In this document: positions 42,694-54,023 of the stretch, piece after piece
Layout of the letters: each line of letters opens with the position of its first letter
Numbering within the stretch: the stretch's first letter is position 1
From: a virus
Length of the DNA stretch: 64,000 bases
Virus record (IMG/VR): IMGVR_UViG_3300015245_000002
Span: 1-64,000 of that record
Reading direction: 5' to 3' (one strand)
Notes under the pieces: generated by a model
The model's database searches: none
Seen by the model: only the letters and a program-made list of their open reading frames with translations
What the model was told of the DNA's origin: nothing
Made by a program: the position numbers and the translations under genes

Positions 42694-42722
42694 ACTGTAC
42701 GTACAGAAGTGCCCGGTGTCAA
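42694..42722 (-). promoter_or_regulatory. Sigma70-type leaderless promoter
   Basis: TTGACA-17-TACAGT-6-ATG(42687); near-copy at 48574-48602. Confidence 0.8.
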
Positions 42723-44014
42723 GCCCGATCTCTCCCCACGAGTGACGCCGTGTGCACCGCCGGCGGAGGAGAGGATCCGCGGGGCACGGCGTCACGCCTA
42801 GGGAGGGATCGGTCATAGCCAATGCATGCAAGCGGCCAGACCGCTAACGGCCGCGAGCAGCAGCGCTGCGTTACGCGCGGCGTCGCGGAGCGCAGAGCGG
42901 TGATGGGGTAGGGGCGTAACTGCCAGCACGACCTGCTCCGGCGCCGTGTACGCGGGTGCCTCGGTCCGCAGGTGCAGCTCGCGGCGGCGCGCGTAGATCG
43001 CCAGGTCGGGGAGCGTCGCGGCCCACACCTCGGCCGCGTTGCGGGTGTCGATCTCGACCGACCGGACGCGTGGCGCAGGATAGACGCGCACCTGGATCTC
43101 GTCGCCCGGGAGTTCGAGCGCGTCTAGCCAACGCGGGCTGTTGCGGGTGGTGGCCTTACTCACGGGTCACGTCCGATCAGCGCAATGGCCTCGCACGTGA
43201 AGAACATAGCGCCGATGTCGGCCTCCGGCTGCGTCGGCTCGGGCGCCTCGGCATACCTGAGTTGCGCAGCGTCGACATCGATGCGCCGCTGTTCCAAGAT
43301 GCGATCCTCACACCAGTTGCGGGCCTCCTCCGCGGTCATTGCGAGGATCTCCGTGAGGCGTTCGGGCGCAATCGTGGCGCCCGAGCTCGTCCAATAGTCG
43401 AGGACACTCCTTGACGCCAGCACCATGAGTCGGTGCTCCTCGCAGTCAAGAGCAAACGCATGGATGTCATCGTCGGTGATGGTGTCGTGCCACACGCACG
43501 GGTCCCGAGTCGGTAGCCAAGTCATGATTTCCTAGACTTTGGCCGCGATGAGCAGATCACCGCGCCGGGTGACCAGTTGCGTGCGCTCCATCAGGTTGAT
43601 CATGCTCTCATACCCGGCGAGAGAGTCGAACGCGGGCATCATCTCGGCATAGAGATGGCCGCTCGGTTTGCCGCTCGCTCCAGCGGACGCAACGATGGTG
43701 TATGCAATGCGGATAAGGTCGATGACTGCGGATGCTTGCGCGTTCGTCATGATGTCCTGTAGTTATGGTTACGATGCGCAGTCGTAGCAGCGGCAGTCGC
43801 TGCGGTCGGTGCAGTAGCCCGCGTACCCCTTCACTGCGGCTGCGGATCCGTGACCGCGTCCGAGGGTGCTCGATTGCGGGCGCGGAGTCTGTCCGGCATG
43901 GATCCGGCATCGCACCTGCCAGCCCGTCGTCGTCTTGGTTGCTGTACCCGCTGCTGCTGCCACCGAGCACGAGCAGACCGAGCATCGACCGGGGTACTTG
44001 TTTGCGATCGTCAT

Positions 44015-44101
44015 GTTGAAAGTTGTAATGCACGTTCGCCCCGCGCGCAAGCGAAATCTTTGGCCTTGCGTAACGGTCGCGGATGCATTACGGTTTTCAA
44101 C
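44015..44101. promoter_or_regulatory. Back-to-back promoters sharing an inverted repeat
   Basis: Minus: TTGCGC-17-TACAAC-7-ATG(44014); plus: TTGCGT-17-TACGGT-8-ATG(44103); TGCATTACnnnTTTCAAC in both. Confidence 0.7.
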
Positions 44102-44212
44102 GATGAGACTACAGAAGCAGGTCCAACGCGCGCAGCTGACTGACTGGTCGCTGGCTGTCACCGCTTGGGCGATTACCTCGGCGATTGGTGCTGCGATCGG
44201 CTGGGCGGCGCT

Positions 44213-44410
44213 GTGAGCCACGGCGGTTCTCGCCGTGGAAGCGGGCGCGGCAAGCTCGGAGACGACAAGCTGACCGCGGTCATCGCGGCGACACGGCTCA
44301 CTAGCGGTGAGCGGCAACTCATCGAGGAAGCTGCGGCTCAGGAAGGGTTGAGCCTCGCTGGGGCGGTGCGGCGGGCATTGGCAGAATGGGTGCAGAGGGT
44401 GCTGAAATGA
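44213..44410 (+). CDS. Ribbon-helix-helix regulator
   Basis: HGGSRRGSGR arm; IEEAAAQEGLSLAGAVRRAL. Confidence 0.7.
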   Translation: MSHGGSRRGSGRGKLGDDKLTAVIAATRLTSGERQLIEEAAAQEGLSLAGAVRRALAEWVQRVLK

Positions 44411-45058
44411 GGACATGGATGATGTACGCGCATTGCAACGCGCGCGGCCAACTGATGCATATCGGCACTCGTCGGTTCGTAGAGCTTCACGATCTGCCAG
44501 ATCCGATTGTCCCGGTCCTAGTTGAGGAAATCGAAGGCGATCCGAAGACGCCAGAGGTCACTCACTATGGCTGGCAGGAATTCGACCGGCCGCACGGAGC
44601 AGACAAAGGCTTACCTTGCATGATCCAGGTCCGGTGCGGATCGACCGAACAACAATTGCAGATGCCGTGGATGATTCTCAACATATGCTTCCCATATGGC
44701 ATGAAGTTGGAGGTTGATCATGGTAGCGGTCGCATGCTCGCGCTGAGAATTACAGAGAGGACTGAGGATGAAGACTTCGCTCGCGCGTTCGAGCATTGGA
44801 AGCGCCGCATCGCGGCAGGAGGTGACGAGTGACTGAGGACGAAATCCAGGAGCGCTTGAAGATTTGTCAGGCGCTGCTCGCGAGCATCACGGCGACCAAC
44901 CCGAATGAGGTTCTGGTTACGATACTCGATCAACTCGTCGAGCTGTCGTGCGGCGCCAACCCGGCGCTCAGGAGTCTGATGAGAATGAAATTCTACGAGG
45001 CCGTTTGCGAGAAACTGAGCCGCAACTTGTTCCCGCGACTGGGCGAAAGGAGTGAGTC

Positions 45059-45096
45059 GTGATCTACGCGGTGATCTACGAGGTGATCTACGAGGT
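45059..45096 (+). repeat. 12-bp tandem repeat x3 at a gene start
   Basis: GTGATCTACG(C/A)G units. Confidence 0.9.
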
Positions 45097-46351
45097 AGGC
45101 GAGCTGGTGCAGGCGAATACCGGCGAGTGGAAGATCGGAGATGAGTGCTGGGCGACGAGTCCATTCTCTCGTTACCCGGCGGGGGAACCACGATTCGGTG
45201 TTATCGCTGAGGTCGCCGCCGAGCGCATCTCCGTTCGTTTCAGCGACGACTGTGTTTCGCATTACTACGATGACACCTTCCACAGATTGAGCCGCGTGGC
45301 GCCGCCTCCGGTATGCGAGGTTCTTCTCATCGAGAAGGTGCCACCATCTGATCCGCTCGACGCAGTCATCTCGCCCGGCGACACGCTGCGCGCACTTCTC
45401 GCGGTCGATCGTTTCAACCAACGAGAAGCCGACGATTGCCCGATCCGTCTCACCGCCATTCAGCGCGTAGCGGTGTCGTCTCACCGCTCCGCCGAGTTCC
45501 GCGCTCTCGTCGCCGCGGGCCCATCGGTCGACGCCGCTCGCTGGCGCAAGGATCAGCAGCCCAGCGTGTGGCTGGACTGCGCGGAGGACATGTGACCGCG
45601 CTCTGCACCCACGGCGAGCCGCTGTGCCCTCACGGCGACTGCGCAGCGCGCTGCACACCATGCCTGATCGCGCCGTGGAACTGGCGGGCTGCCGAGAAGC
45701 TGGCCGCGCGCTGGAGTCCGCTACTGGATGCAGCAGCGCTGCTGCTTGTGAACATGGGCTACACTGCCCGCGTGACGCAGGTGGTGCAGTCTGATGGCAT
45801 TGGCGGTCGCCGCGTACTCGTGCTTGATGCGGTCGAGAAAGACGGACGCATCGTCGGCGGACGCGAGGTCTTCGAGGTCGTCACCGCCGTAGAGCAGGTG
45901 GACTGGACGTTCACGTTCACGCACACGTTGAAGTGGCTGTGGCGGGAGGTGACCCCGTGAACTGTCCTGCCTGTGGCACGCCGATCCCAAGGGTCGTCAA
46001 GCCGACCCCATGCCGCAACATCGATTGCAAGAACCAGTACGCGGCAGTGTGGGCGGTCGCATCGGCGTCGGCATATAAGCTTACTGTGCAGTTGGACACC
46101 GACGTGCATGCTGTACGTCAGCGGTTGCCACGCCGTGTGAACATGGTTCTTGAGTGGTTCCGTGATGCGTGGGAATGCTGGACGTTGAACCTAGTGCGAC
46201 CAGACGTAGGATGGAAGCTGGACATGGAGAAAACCATGGTGGTTCAGATCGCAGATTTCAGCCCGGCTCGTGATTCGGTGGCGGGCACCACCTCCGACAC
46301 GCCGGTGTTCCGGCCGACGACGCGGGTGCAAGGTCTCACGAGCAACTTTCC

Positions 46352-46768
46352 GTGATCGACGTCGACGTCGACGTCGACGTCGACGTCGTGTCGCCGTCGG
46401 GCCCATGGTGGACGCCGGAGCGCGAGCAGGCGTTCGTCCTGACGCTCCAGGGTGTCCCGCAGCACCAGGTCGCGGCCGAGCTCCAGCGTGACCGCCACAC
46501 GGTTGCGCGGTGGGCGGAGGACGATCGCTTCACGCAGCGGCTGTTCGACGAGAACGCGTCGCGGTTCAAGGCGTCGCGGCAACGCCGGGCGATGCAGACC
46601 CTGCGGCTCACGGACAAGGCGGAGCACCTCGCGACATCGCCGCTCTGCAAGCAGTTCGCTCCGTGGTCGCCGACGTCTTCCAGTACCCGCGGATCGCACT
46701 GCAGCGGCACAACGGCAACGTGCTGGCGATCTACCCGATCGGCGAGAGCAATGAGAAGTACGAGTTGA
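46352..46768 (+). CDS. HTH protein resembling small-terminase-type HTH, probably rearranged at the 3' end
   Basis: QHQVAAELQRDRHTVARW..DDRF; protein-like sequence continues in another frame after about 46630. Confidence 0.5.
   Translation: MIDVDVDVDVDVVSPSGPWWTPEREQAFVLTLQGVPQHQVAAELQRDRHTVARWAEDDRFTQRLFDENASRFKASRQRRAMQTLRLTDKAEHLATSPLCKQFAPWSPTSSSTRGSHCSGTTATCWRSTRSARAMRSTS
46356..46388. repeat. Self-complementary (GTCGAC)n microsatellite, about 5 units
   Basis: tcgacgtcgacgtcgacgtcgacgtcgacgtcg. Confidence 0.9.
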
Positions 46769-46879
46769 ACAGCCTGCAGATCGTGATGTCACGCCGGCGG
46801 ATCTGACTTTTATGGAGCGTCACCACGGGCTCGGTGGTCGACATCGATGCAGTCGGACGCCTAGCCGGCCGTGCTCTTC

Positions 46880-47620
46880 CTATTGCACTGTCTCGTTACA
46901 GTGCGTGATCGCGAACGTCCCCGTGCCTGACGTCACCGCCTCGTAGTAGTGCCCCGCTGGCACGTCGTACTCGAGAGACCACGGCGTGGTCACGCCGACT
47001 CCGATCCCGAGCGTCACGGCGCAGGACTGGTTATCGCGTACCGTGGTCGGCGTCGTCGCGCTGTCCGATCGAAGCTCCACCGTACCGCTCGCAGTCACCG
47101 TCGAAGTCCACGTACCGCTCACGCGCACCCGCGTCCCGCGGCTATCGCTGCGCACCGCCGATGGGTTGCGGGCCGTGTTCAGCGCCAGAGACACCGAGGT
47201 CCCGGCCGTGGCCTGTGCGCACCTCGAGCTCGCATCAGGCACTGCGGTTATGGCCGACGCCACGTCGGCGAACGTCGGTAGCGCTTGTACCGCGGTCAAT
47301 AATGCCTGGTTCCCGAAGTCGGGATCCCCGATCTCGTTGAGTGCCGCGTTGGCCTGGTTGTTGGTCGAGATCAGATCTGACGCGTTTGCCAACCAGCCGG
47401 TAAGGCTCAGATTTGAGCTGTCGTACTGTCCCGTGCCTGAGCCCGCGGAGACGCCAGCGACGTGCTTGATCAGCACGCCCGGCGGCTCGCCGGTGGGCCA
47501 TGCCGCACCGTCGCCGTAGGCGTCCAGATCGACGGTACTGGCGCCGATCGCCGTGACCCTGGCTCCGTGCCAACGGCCGGAGGCGGACTGATATCTGATT
47601 GCGTCACCAATGGTAGGCAT
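46880..47620 (-). CDS. Thr/Ser/Gly-rich beta protein, possibly virion-associated
   Basis: Composition; C-terminal YDVPAGHYY; late-promoter-like TGGCCCC 36 nt upstream. Confidence 0.5.
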   Translation of the reverse strand: MPTIGDAIRYQSASGRWHGARVTAIGASTVDLDAYGDGAAWPTGEPPGVLIKHVAGVSAGSGTGQYDSSNLSLTGWLANASDLISTNNQANAALNEIGDPDFGNQALLTAVQALPTFADVASAITAVPDASSRCAQATAGTSVSLALNTARNPSAVRSDSRGTRVRVSGTWTSTVTASGTVELRSDSATTPTTVRDNQSCAVTLGIGVGVTTPWSLEYDVPAGHYYEAVTSGTGTFAITHCNETVQ

Positions 47621-47657
47621 GCCACTGGGGTAACGCTGGGGTAGTCAGCGGGGCCAT

Positions 47658-47828
47658 TCACCGGGCGCGGCGCGCCGCGGCGAGTAGTTCGTCTCTGATC
47701 CAGTCCGAGGCCGTTGCGCCGGCGGGAACCGCTGCGGCGAGCTCTTGCTGCTCCTCGGGAGAGACTCGCACAGTGGGCAGACGCCGGCTGCGTGCGGATC
47801 CGGTAACCGGGGGTCGCCCGGACCTCAT
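47658..47828 (-). CDS. Ribbon-helix-helix regulator
   Basis: MRSGRPP...TVRVSPEE...TASDWIRD; ATGA coupling. Confidence 0.7.
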   Translation of the reverse strand: MRSGRPPVTGSARSRRLPTVRVSPEEQQELAAAVPAGATASDWIRDELLAAARRAR

Positions 47829-48573
47829 GGAATCACCGCGCAGCAGAAGATGGGCCACCATCCTCGCTCCTCGAGCCGGACCCAATCGAATGGCTCACCG
47901 CCGCGGCGCGCCGGCACCGGGCGGTGCTCGGCGATCACGTCCACGTAGATCCGGCGCGGCTCGGGGTTCGTCACCACGACGCGTGTACCCACGGGATCGG
48001 ACGGAAGCGCCGTCCGCAGTCCGGGCGCCGGTGTTGCGTCGGGCAACTGTCGCGTCAACCCGCATGTCGTGCACGGATACGCCGTCGAGCCGTGACCGCG
48101 TTGTGTGGTGGGTCCGCGTACGCAAGGCGCGCCACATGGAGCGCTGTGCCGGGCGATACAGCGATACTGCGGGTGCGGAGTCATCAGGCCATCGTAGTAC
48201 TGCACATGCTCCTGGGTGAGGCCACAGCCATCGCAGGGGCGGGTAACGATCTCGGTGGTGCGCACGCAGCGCTGACACACGAGATCGAGATCTCGGAGCG
48301 GCGTGCAGGTACCGGGCTCGCCGCAGAGCTGGCATCCGCGGGGCTTCATGAACCGATCGCCTTGACGCAGAGCGCCCGGGCGACCTCGTCGGAATCGACG
48401 AGCGCGGGGTAGATACCGAGCGCCTCGAGAGCGGCCCGATGCTCTCCGACCTCAGCGATTTCCGGCCACTCGGTTAGTGCCACGTTGCAGATCGCGACCT
48501 GGAGATGGTCACCAGCGATGTTGGCTTCTTTGCGGAGTGTGCGGATCTGGTCGTCGGTGATGTTCATGCTTCT

Positions 48574-48602
48574 ACTGTACGCACAGAAGTGGGCCTCGTC
48601 AA
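48574..48602 (-). promoter_or_regulatory. Sigma70-type leaderless promoter
   Basis: TTGACG-17-TACAGT-6-ATG(48567). Confidence 0.8.
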
Positions 48603-48966
48603 GCCCAGTCAGCCGGAGGCCCGCCTTACCGCTTCGCGGCAGCATTTGCCACGGCAGTTAGCCATGCGCTCACTGCCGAGTGGCCGGCGCGCTTCGTCGC
48701 CCCGGCCCATGCCTTGAACTGCAGCGGATCGGGGCGCAGTTGCACTGCCTTGCGCGCAGCGGTGGCCAGGCGCGGCTGTCGCCGCACCAGCAGACCGACA
48801 TCAGCCTCTGCCATGGTCCACGTGCCATCGGGCTCGCGTCGCGCTGGCACCCTGCCGCGGGTTACGAGCGTGTGTGCATGGGACCGGGATATACCTTGGG
48901 CTCGAGCCGCGGCGACGAGGGTAACGCGGCCGAGCGGAGCGGTTGCAGGTGGTCGGCCTCGTGGGA

Positions 48967-49506
48967 TCACTTGTTGCCTCGCAGACATGCCAATGCATTG
49001 TACAAGCCGCTCACAGAGCACCCCTCGAACTTGGAGGCAGACGAGATCGACACGCGGCCCTCAACGACTTGTTTTACGGCTCGTGCGATCGCTGCATGGC
49101 GGTCTGCAGCTCGCAGCTGGCCAAGCGTGGGAGACTCACTATACGTTCGTCTCCATTCGAATCGAACGGCCTGGCGTGTGACGCCGAAGCGCTGGGCTGC
49201 TGCGAGCGGTGTGCAGCCCTGATCGAGCATCCATTCGACAGCGCGCTGTGATGGAGATCTGGAATGGCAAATGCCCATTCGCCGGCCCGATGTTTTGACT
49301 CCTGGGTAGATCAGCGACCATGCCGCATATACCGAATGGTCCGATACCGGAACGCCGGTAATTTCGGACAGGTCACGCGCTGCCTGCACGAGCTTCACCC
49401 CAGCGATCATCGCGTAGTGCGCTGCGACCCGAGACAGAGCGGTAGCTGGTGGCGTCAGCGGTGCGCGCGGTCGACCCGCTCCGGCACGGCGTCCGCCGCG
49501 GGTCAT
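48967..49506 (-). CDS. Multi-HTH protein, paralog of 28770..29570
   Basis: SQRAVEW...RFGVTRQAV..EWRR...PTLGQ versus SAKAVEW...RFGVTAQSV..RWHR...PTPLGQ. Confidence 0.7.
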   Translation of the reverse strand: MTRGGRRAGAGRPRAPLTPPATALSRVAAHYAMIAGVKLVQAARDLSEITGVPVSDHSVYAAWSLIYPGVKTSGRRMGICHSRSPSQRAVEWMLDQGCTPLAAAQRFGVTRQAVRFEWRRTYSESPTLGQLRAADRHAAIARAVKQVVEGRVSISSASKFEGCSVSGLYNALACLRGNK

Positions 49507-51788
49507 GGGCGCAACGCCTGCAATATGAGCTTGCGCAGGTCACCCAGCGACAGCCGCGGGAAGATCTGCCGCAGGAGTTTGACGGCGTGCGTTTCGCCGA
49601 TGTCAATGTCACGTGGACTGTATCCGACGTCAGCGAGGACCATGCGGGCCAGCTCGACCATCTGGGAGTGCGTGTAGGACACGGTCTCGCCGCGCTCGTT
49701 GATGTGGTAGTAGGGCTTGAGGCCGACGGAGATCATGGCGTCACCGTCCTAGCCCGCCGCAGATCGTCGCGCATCGCATTTCGCTCACTCTGGACTCGAA
49801 GCAACAGCACGAACACCGCGTGGATGTGCTCGACGGCGTGTTTGGCCCAAGCGTCGGTCTGCGACAGGTAGCCCTTGGTGCCGGGGATTGGATCGGGTTC
49901 CATGTTCAGGGCTGACTCTGCGGAGATCAGCTCGCTGATTGCTCCGTTGACGGCGTCTTCGTGGTCGAAGTGTGGGGCGCTCATGGCTTGCTCCAGTCAT
50001 GGCCCGGATCTCGAGCTTTTGAAGCCAGCGAGAGCGTCACACCGAGGTCGCGCCGGGTCGGTCGAGACAGCATCACCTGCGTGGTCTCGTGATCGGCGAA
50101 GCGCCAGGTTTCGAGCGGGTCGCCGAGGATCAGCATGCCGTCGGGGTTGTCGTCGGTCACTTGGCCTCCTTGTCGTAGTACTCCACGTCCCACTCCTCGG
50201 CTGTCATCACCTTGGCGCAGATCGCGCACACGCGGGTCTGGCATTCCGGTACGTAGCCAACGGCGGGCTCGAGGCACTGCGTCTCGAGGTGCAGCGTGCC
50301 GTAGTCGGGCTCGGGGGAGCTGACCTCGACCATCTCGCACTGCGTCGCGGTCGGCGCCACGTGCGGCTTGCCGATGTTGCTCTTGAAGCTCATTGGTCAG
50401 ATCTCGATCTTGTTGGTTTTGTCGCGCCGACATGCGCGGCATTCGTGCGACAGCCTCTTTGCCGTATGGCATCCGGCGTGATGCGCGCACAGGTCGCACT
50501 TCTGGCCCTCATAGTCGAGCCCATGCTTGCCCGTCGGGCACATTCCGCTCCATGGCTTGCTGGACGACTTTGCGTACGGCTTGCTCATGGCGTGAGGCTC
50601 CGCCCGAGCATGTCGTCGAGCATGATGCGGGATTCGCGGTCAAGTGAGTCTCCGATCGACCGCATCACGATGATGGTGCGGCCCGCTCGCCTCGCAGCCT
50701 CATGACTGCTCTTGTCGTCCGCCAGGGTCCGGACAAACTCCGCCGCCCAGACCATGCGCTCGCCGGGGGACAGCGTCCGGTCGTCCTCGATCCGGCGATC
50801 GGTCATGGGGTCTCCTTGCGCTTGATTGGGCGATAATCCAGGTACCCTAGATCTGGCTCTAGGGCCAGCCCGAGGCGCTCTGCCACGATACGGCAGAGTT
50901 CCGCATGACTCGCCATCCGGATCATGGCGCAAGCATCTCTCTCGATAATGCCAGCGCCAACGTATTCGTGCCGCTCACGGAGTCGATGTGCAGCGGCTAG
51001 CCGCTGGACAGCTTCGGCTGAGGAGTGTGAATAAGCGCGTTCCCGCTCGTCGTACGTGGCGAGCTTCAGTAGGTCTCGTTCGGTCACTTGTTATCTCCAT
51101 TGCGGGCCTCGGCGCGGGTCGCGAGGCCGCCATCGCGCTTGAGGATGGAGACCAGGCGTCGTCCACCATCGTGGCTGTCAACCCAATGCGCTCGTCCGGC
51201 ATGAATCACCCGGATCGCGGTCGCGAAGTAACACGGCTCCTCCACTTGGGCACCGGACGGCAGAGCGCCACGCAACCACGCCGCGAGGGGCGGAGCCCAC
51301 CCACCCGATCCTCCGTCGAGCATACGGATCAGGCTGATGCTGATGACCTCGGCGCAGATACGCCGGGCCTCGGAGCGCGTTGCCGGTGCGCCATTCCATG
51401 GCCACACGAGATCCGTGACGTCACCGTTGCCATCGACGTCCTGTGTCTCCCATCGGGAGAGTGCGAGATCGCAGCACTCAACCTGACGATCGTCGCCATC
51501 CTCCACGGCTGCCTCGCGTAGTCTGACGATCTCCGCGACGGTGATCTCGATCTCCATCTTGCGCGCGATGGCGCCGTCGGGACGGGCGGTGTCGATGTTG
51601 CCGATGAGGTCGACAACGGCGCTCTCGTCGCAGGGAGCGAAGCACCACTCGTCCACGACCGACGCGATACGCCCAACCGCCCACCCCTCACCTGCGAGCG
51701 CCGCGGTACAGAGGTGCGCGAAGTCTATCTCGTTGTTGGTAACTGCGAAGCTGCGGAGGGACTCGATGGCCGTCTTATTCATGCCATC

Positions 51789-51817
51789 ACCATGCCCCTC
51801 CCCGAGCCTCTTGTCAA
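51789..51817 (-). promoter_or_regulatory. Sigma70-type leaderless promoter
   Basis: TTGACA-17-CATGGT-6-ATG(51782). Confidence 0.65.
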
Positions 51818-51893
51818 CAACGGACCGAATGAAACTATGCTTACGGTGCTATTCGCCTCCCCCGCCGGGCCCACCGCATGCTCGCGATCGAAC

Positions 51894-52286
51894 ATGCCAA
51901 CCGATCCTCCTACCATCAACTTCGACGCTGTGACCCGCAACCCGGTATACGCTGAGGTCGTCGTGACCGCGAACGCGGTCGATCCGGCCACTGGAAGCAA
52001 CCCCGGCTCGATCGACACTTCGACCACGCTCACGTTCGATTTCCTCCAAGGGGGGCCGGGCCCGGCCCCCGCCGCGGTGAATATCACCGAGATCGGGCAG
52101 GCGGCCGGGGCCCGAGTCCTGCGCTTCGCGCCTGGCATCACCACGAGCGGCCAGCCCTGGAGCGTGCGAGTTTCCGCTGCGGGTCGCACCGGGACCGTGA
52201 CGTTCAGCGGGACCACGCCTGCGCCGGCTGACGTCAGCGGTGTGAGCTGGAACGGTGTCGGGCCGCAGGTCACGCCGCCCGCGTGA
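51894..52286 (+). CDS. Pro/Thr/Gly-rich beta protein, possibly virion-associated
   Basis: Likely start MPTDPPTINF; preceded by late-promoter-like TCGCCTC-17-CATGCT. Confidence 0.5.
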   Translation: MPTDPPTINFDAVTRNPVYAEVVVTANAVDPATGSNPGSIDTSTTLTFDFLQGGPGPAPAAVNITEIGQAAGARVLRFAPGITTSGQPWSVRVSAAGRTGTVTFSGTTPAPADVSGVSWNGVGPQVTPPA

Positions 52287-53564
52287 TCGCCCTTATGCTC
52301 GCGCTGGCCACTGGGCGTATCCCGTGCTCGTCGGCGCAGCGGACCGCGGCTGTGTGGTGGATACGCGTGCGCGGTCCTGTGCTATCCTGATCTCAGGGTG
52401 CAGTCCGCCATAGGAGCGATGGGAGATCCATCGACCGCCGACCCCGATGTTGGGATGTGCGTCGGGGAGTTCATTGAACAGCGGACACCCGACTTATCTA
52501 GTTCCGTACCGCGTGTGTCGAGAGCGCTCGAATGGTGTACAGTGATCGTCATGGGTGAGTTCAACCCCGTGCACGATGCCTGCTGAGAAGCTTTCGTACC
52601 TGGACCGCAAGTCCATCGGGCGCTGTGTGCAGGATGGCTGCGACAGGGAGGCGGCACCCGACATCAACAGGTGCATCATGCACCATCGGCGTGCGCTGAA
52701 GTCAGCCGCGGAGTCTGCGGCTCGCAGGCGCGAGGTGAGGCTAGCCGACGGCCTGTGCGTGAGGTGTCCGGTCGGCAATGTCAGGAAGGTCTGGCCGGCT
52801 ACTAGTGACACCTGTTTGGCCTGTCGAGTCCTGCGCCGCAGGATCAGAAAGGCCGACGGTACGCGCGATAAGGAGCTAGATAGGGACGCCGCCATCGCCG
52901 CGGCTACCCGCACCCACGAGGACGGACGAACTCGCTACCATGGTCAGGGCAAGCGCGGGCAGCAACCCCAGGCGCAATTGAACCGACAGGATATCGGCAT
53001 GGCGCGCCGAGCAATCGACGCCGGCGAACAGGGGCTCGAGCTCCTCGAGACCGAGGAGGTCAGGGCGCTGCCGCGGATTCAACGGAGTGACGTCAAGCAA
53101 GCCGCGGCGCATCAATTGGATCGAGCGACACGGCACATCGACGATGTGCTCGAGCGGCTGGGACATTTTGGAAAGAAACACGGACGTAGAACAGGTGACG
53201 AATGAGCGCCGCACGTCCGGGTCGCCCCGTCTCCGTGTACACACGAAAGCGCGTCCTGGAGCGCCTGCGTCGTGCTCGATTGCGCATCGCACGTCAGTGT
53301 GTGGGGTGTGCTGCGCCGGTCGAGGCTGGGTGCTTATGTGACACCTGCGCTGGCTTGAGTCGTGCCTCGCAGGCCAAAACAGCGCACCGGAGACGGCAGC
53401 TCAGGGTCTGCCGCGAATGCGGCAAGCGGCGCACGGAATTCGGCTTTACAAGGTGCTCCAACTGCCGTGAGAAGCGAGCGCTGGTCCCGAGCAGACAGCC
53501 AGCCGCGCGGCGGCTTGAAGGCGAACGCAGGAAGCGGCAAGGCCGCAAGACAGGAGACGAGTAG

Positions 53565-54023
53565 ATGAGCGAAGACACCGATCCCCACCGTCGCCTCGCC
53601 ACGGAACTGGCCGGCCCACTCGAGACGAGCACGGTCGGGATTCCGATCATGCGGGCGCCGTCGCCCGAGATGACGCCTGATATAAAGCGCAAACTTGCGG
53701 CGATTCGTGCCTCGGCCGGCCCGCTGCTCGGCGTGCTGAACGACGGGGCATGGACCGAGCTCGCCGCCGCAGTGGCCGACGTCCCGCCTGGCGCTGTCAG
53801 CAGCGACGCCCCGGCGTGGTTGATCCGGCTGCACAGCGCTGCGTGCGATGTGGTCGGGAAGGAGAGCATCGCCCAAGGCGATGTCGTCTACCTGTGTTCG
53901 GGTGGACCGGCGATGACGGTGGAGTTCATCGCCGGTGGCCAAGCGCTGTGCGCATGGGGGGATGACACGACGACGGAGTACGCCAAATTCTCCGTCGTCG
54001 CGCTGACCAAGGTCAGGCCGTGA
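53565..54023 (+). CDS. Protein with C-terminal YodC/DUF2158-like domain
   Basis: GDVVYLCSGGPAMTV...CAW. Confidence 0.75.
   Translation: MSEDTDPHRRLATELAGPLETSTVGIPIMRAPSPEMTPDIKRKLAAIRASAGPLLGVLNDGAWTELAAAVADVPPGAVSSDAPAWLIRLHSAACDVVGKESIAQGDVVYLCSGGPAMTVEFIAGGQALCAWGDDTTTEYAKFSVVALTKVRP

Noticed and set aside
46356-46388. (GTCGAC)n and the 12-bp repeat at 45059 as phase-variation switches
   Set aside because: Unit lengths are multiples of three, so slippage would not shift frame
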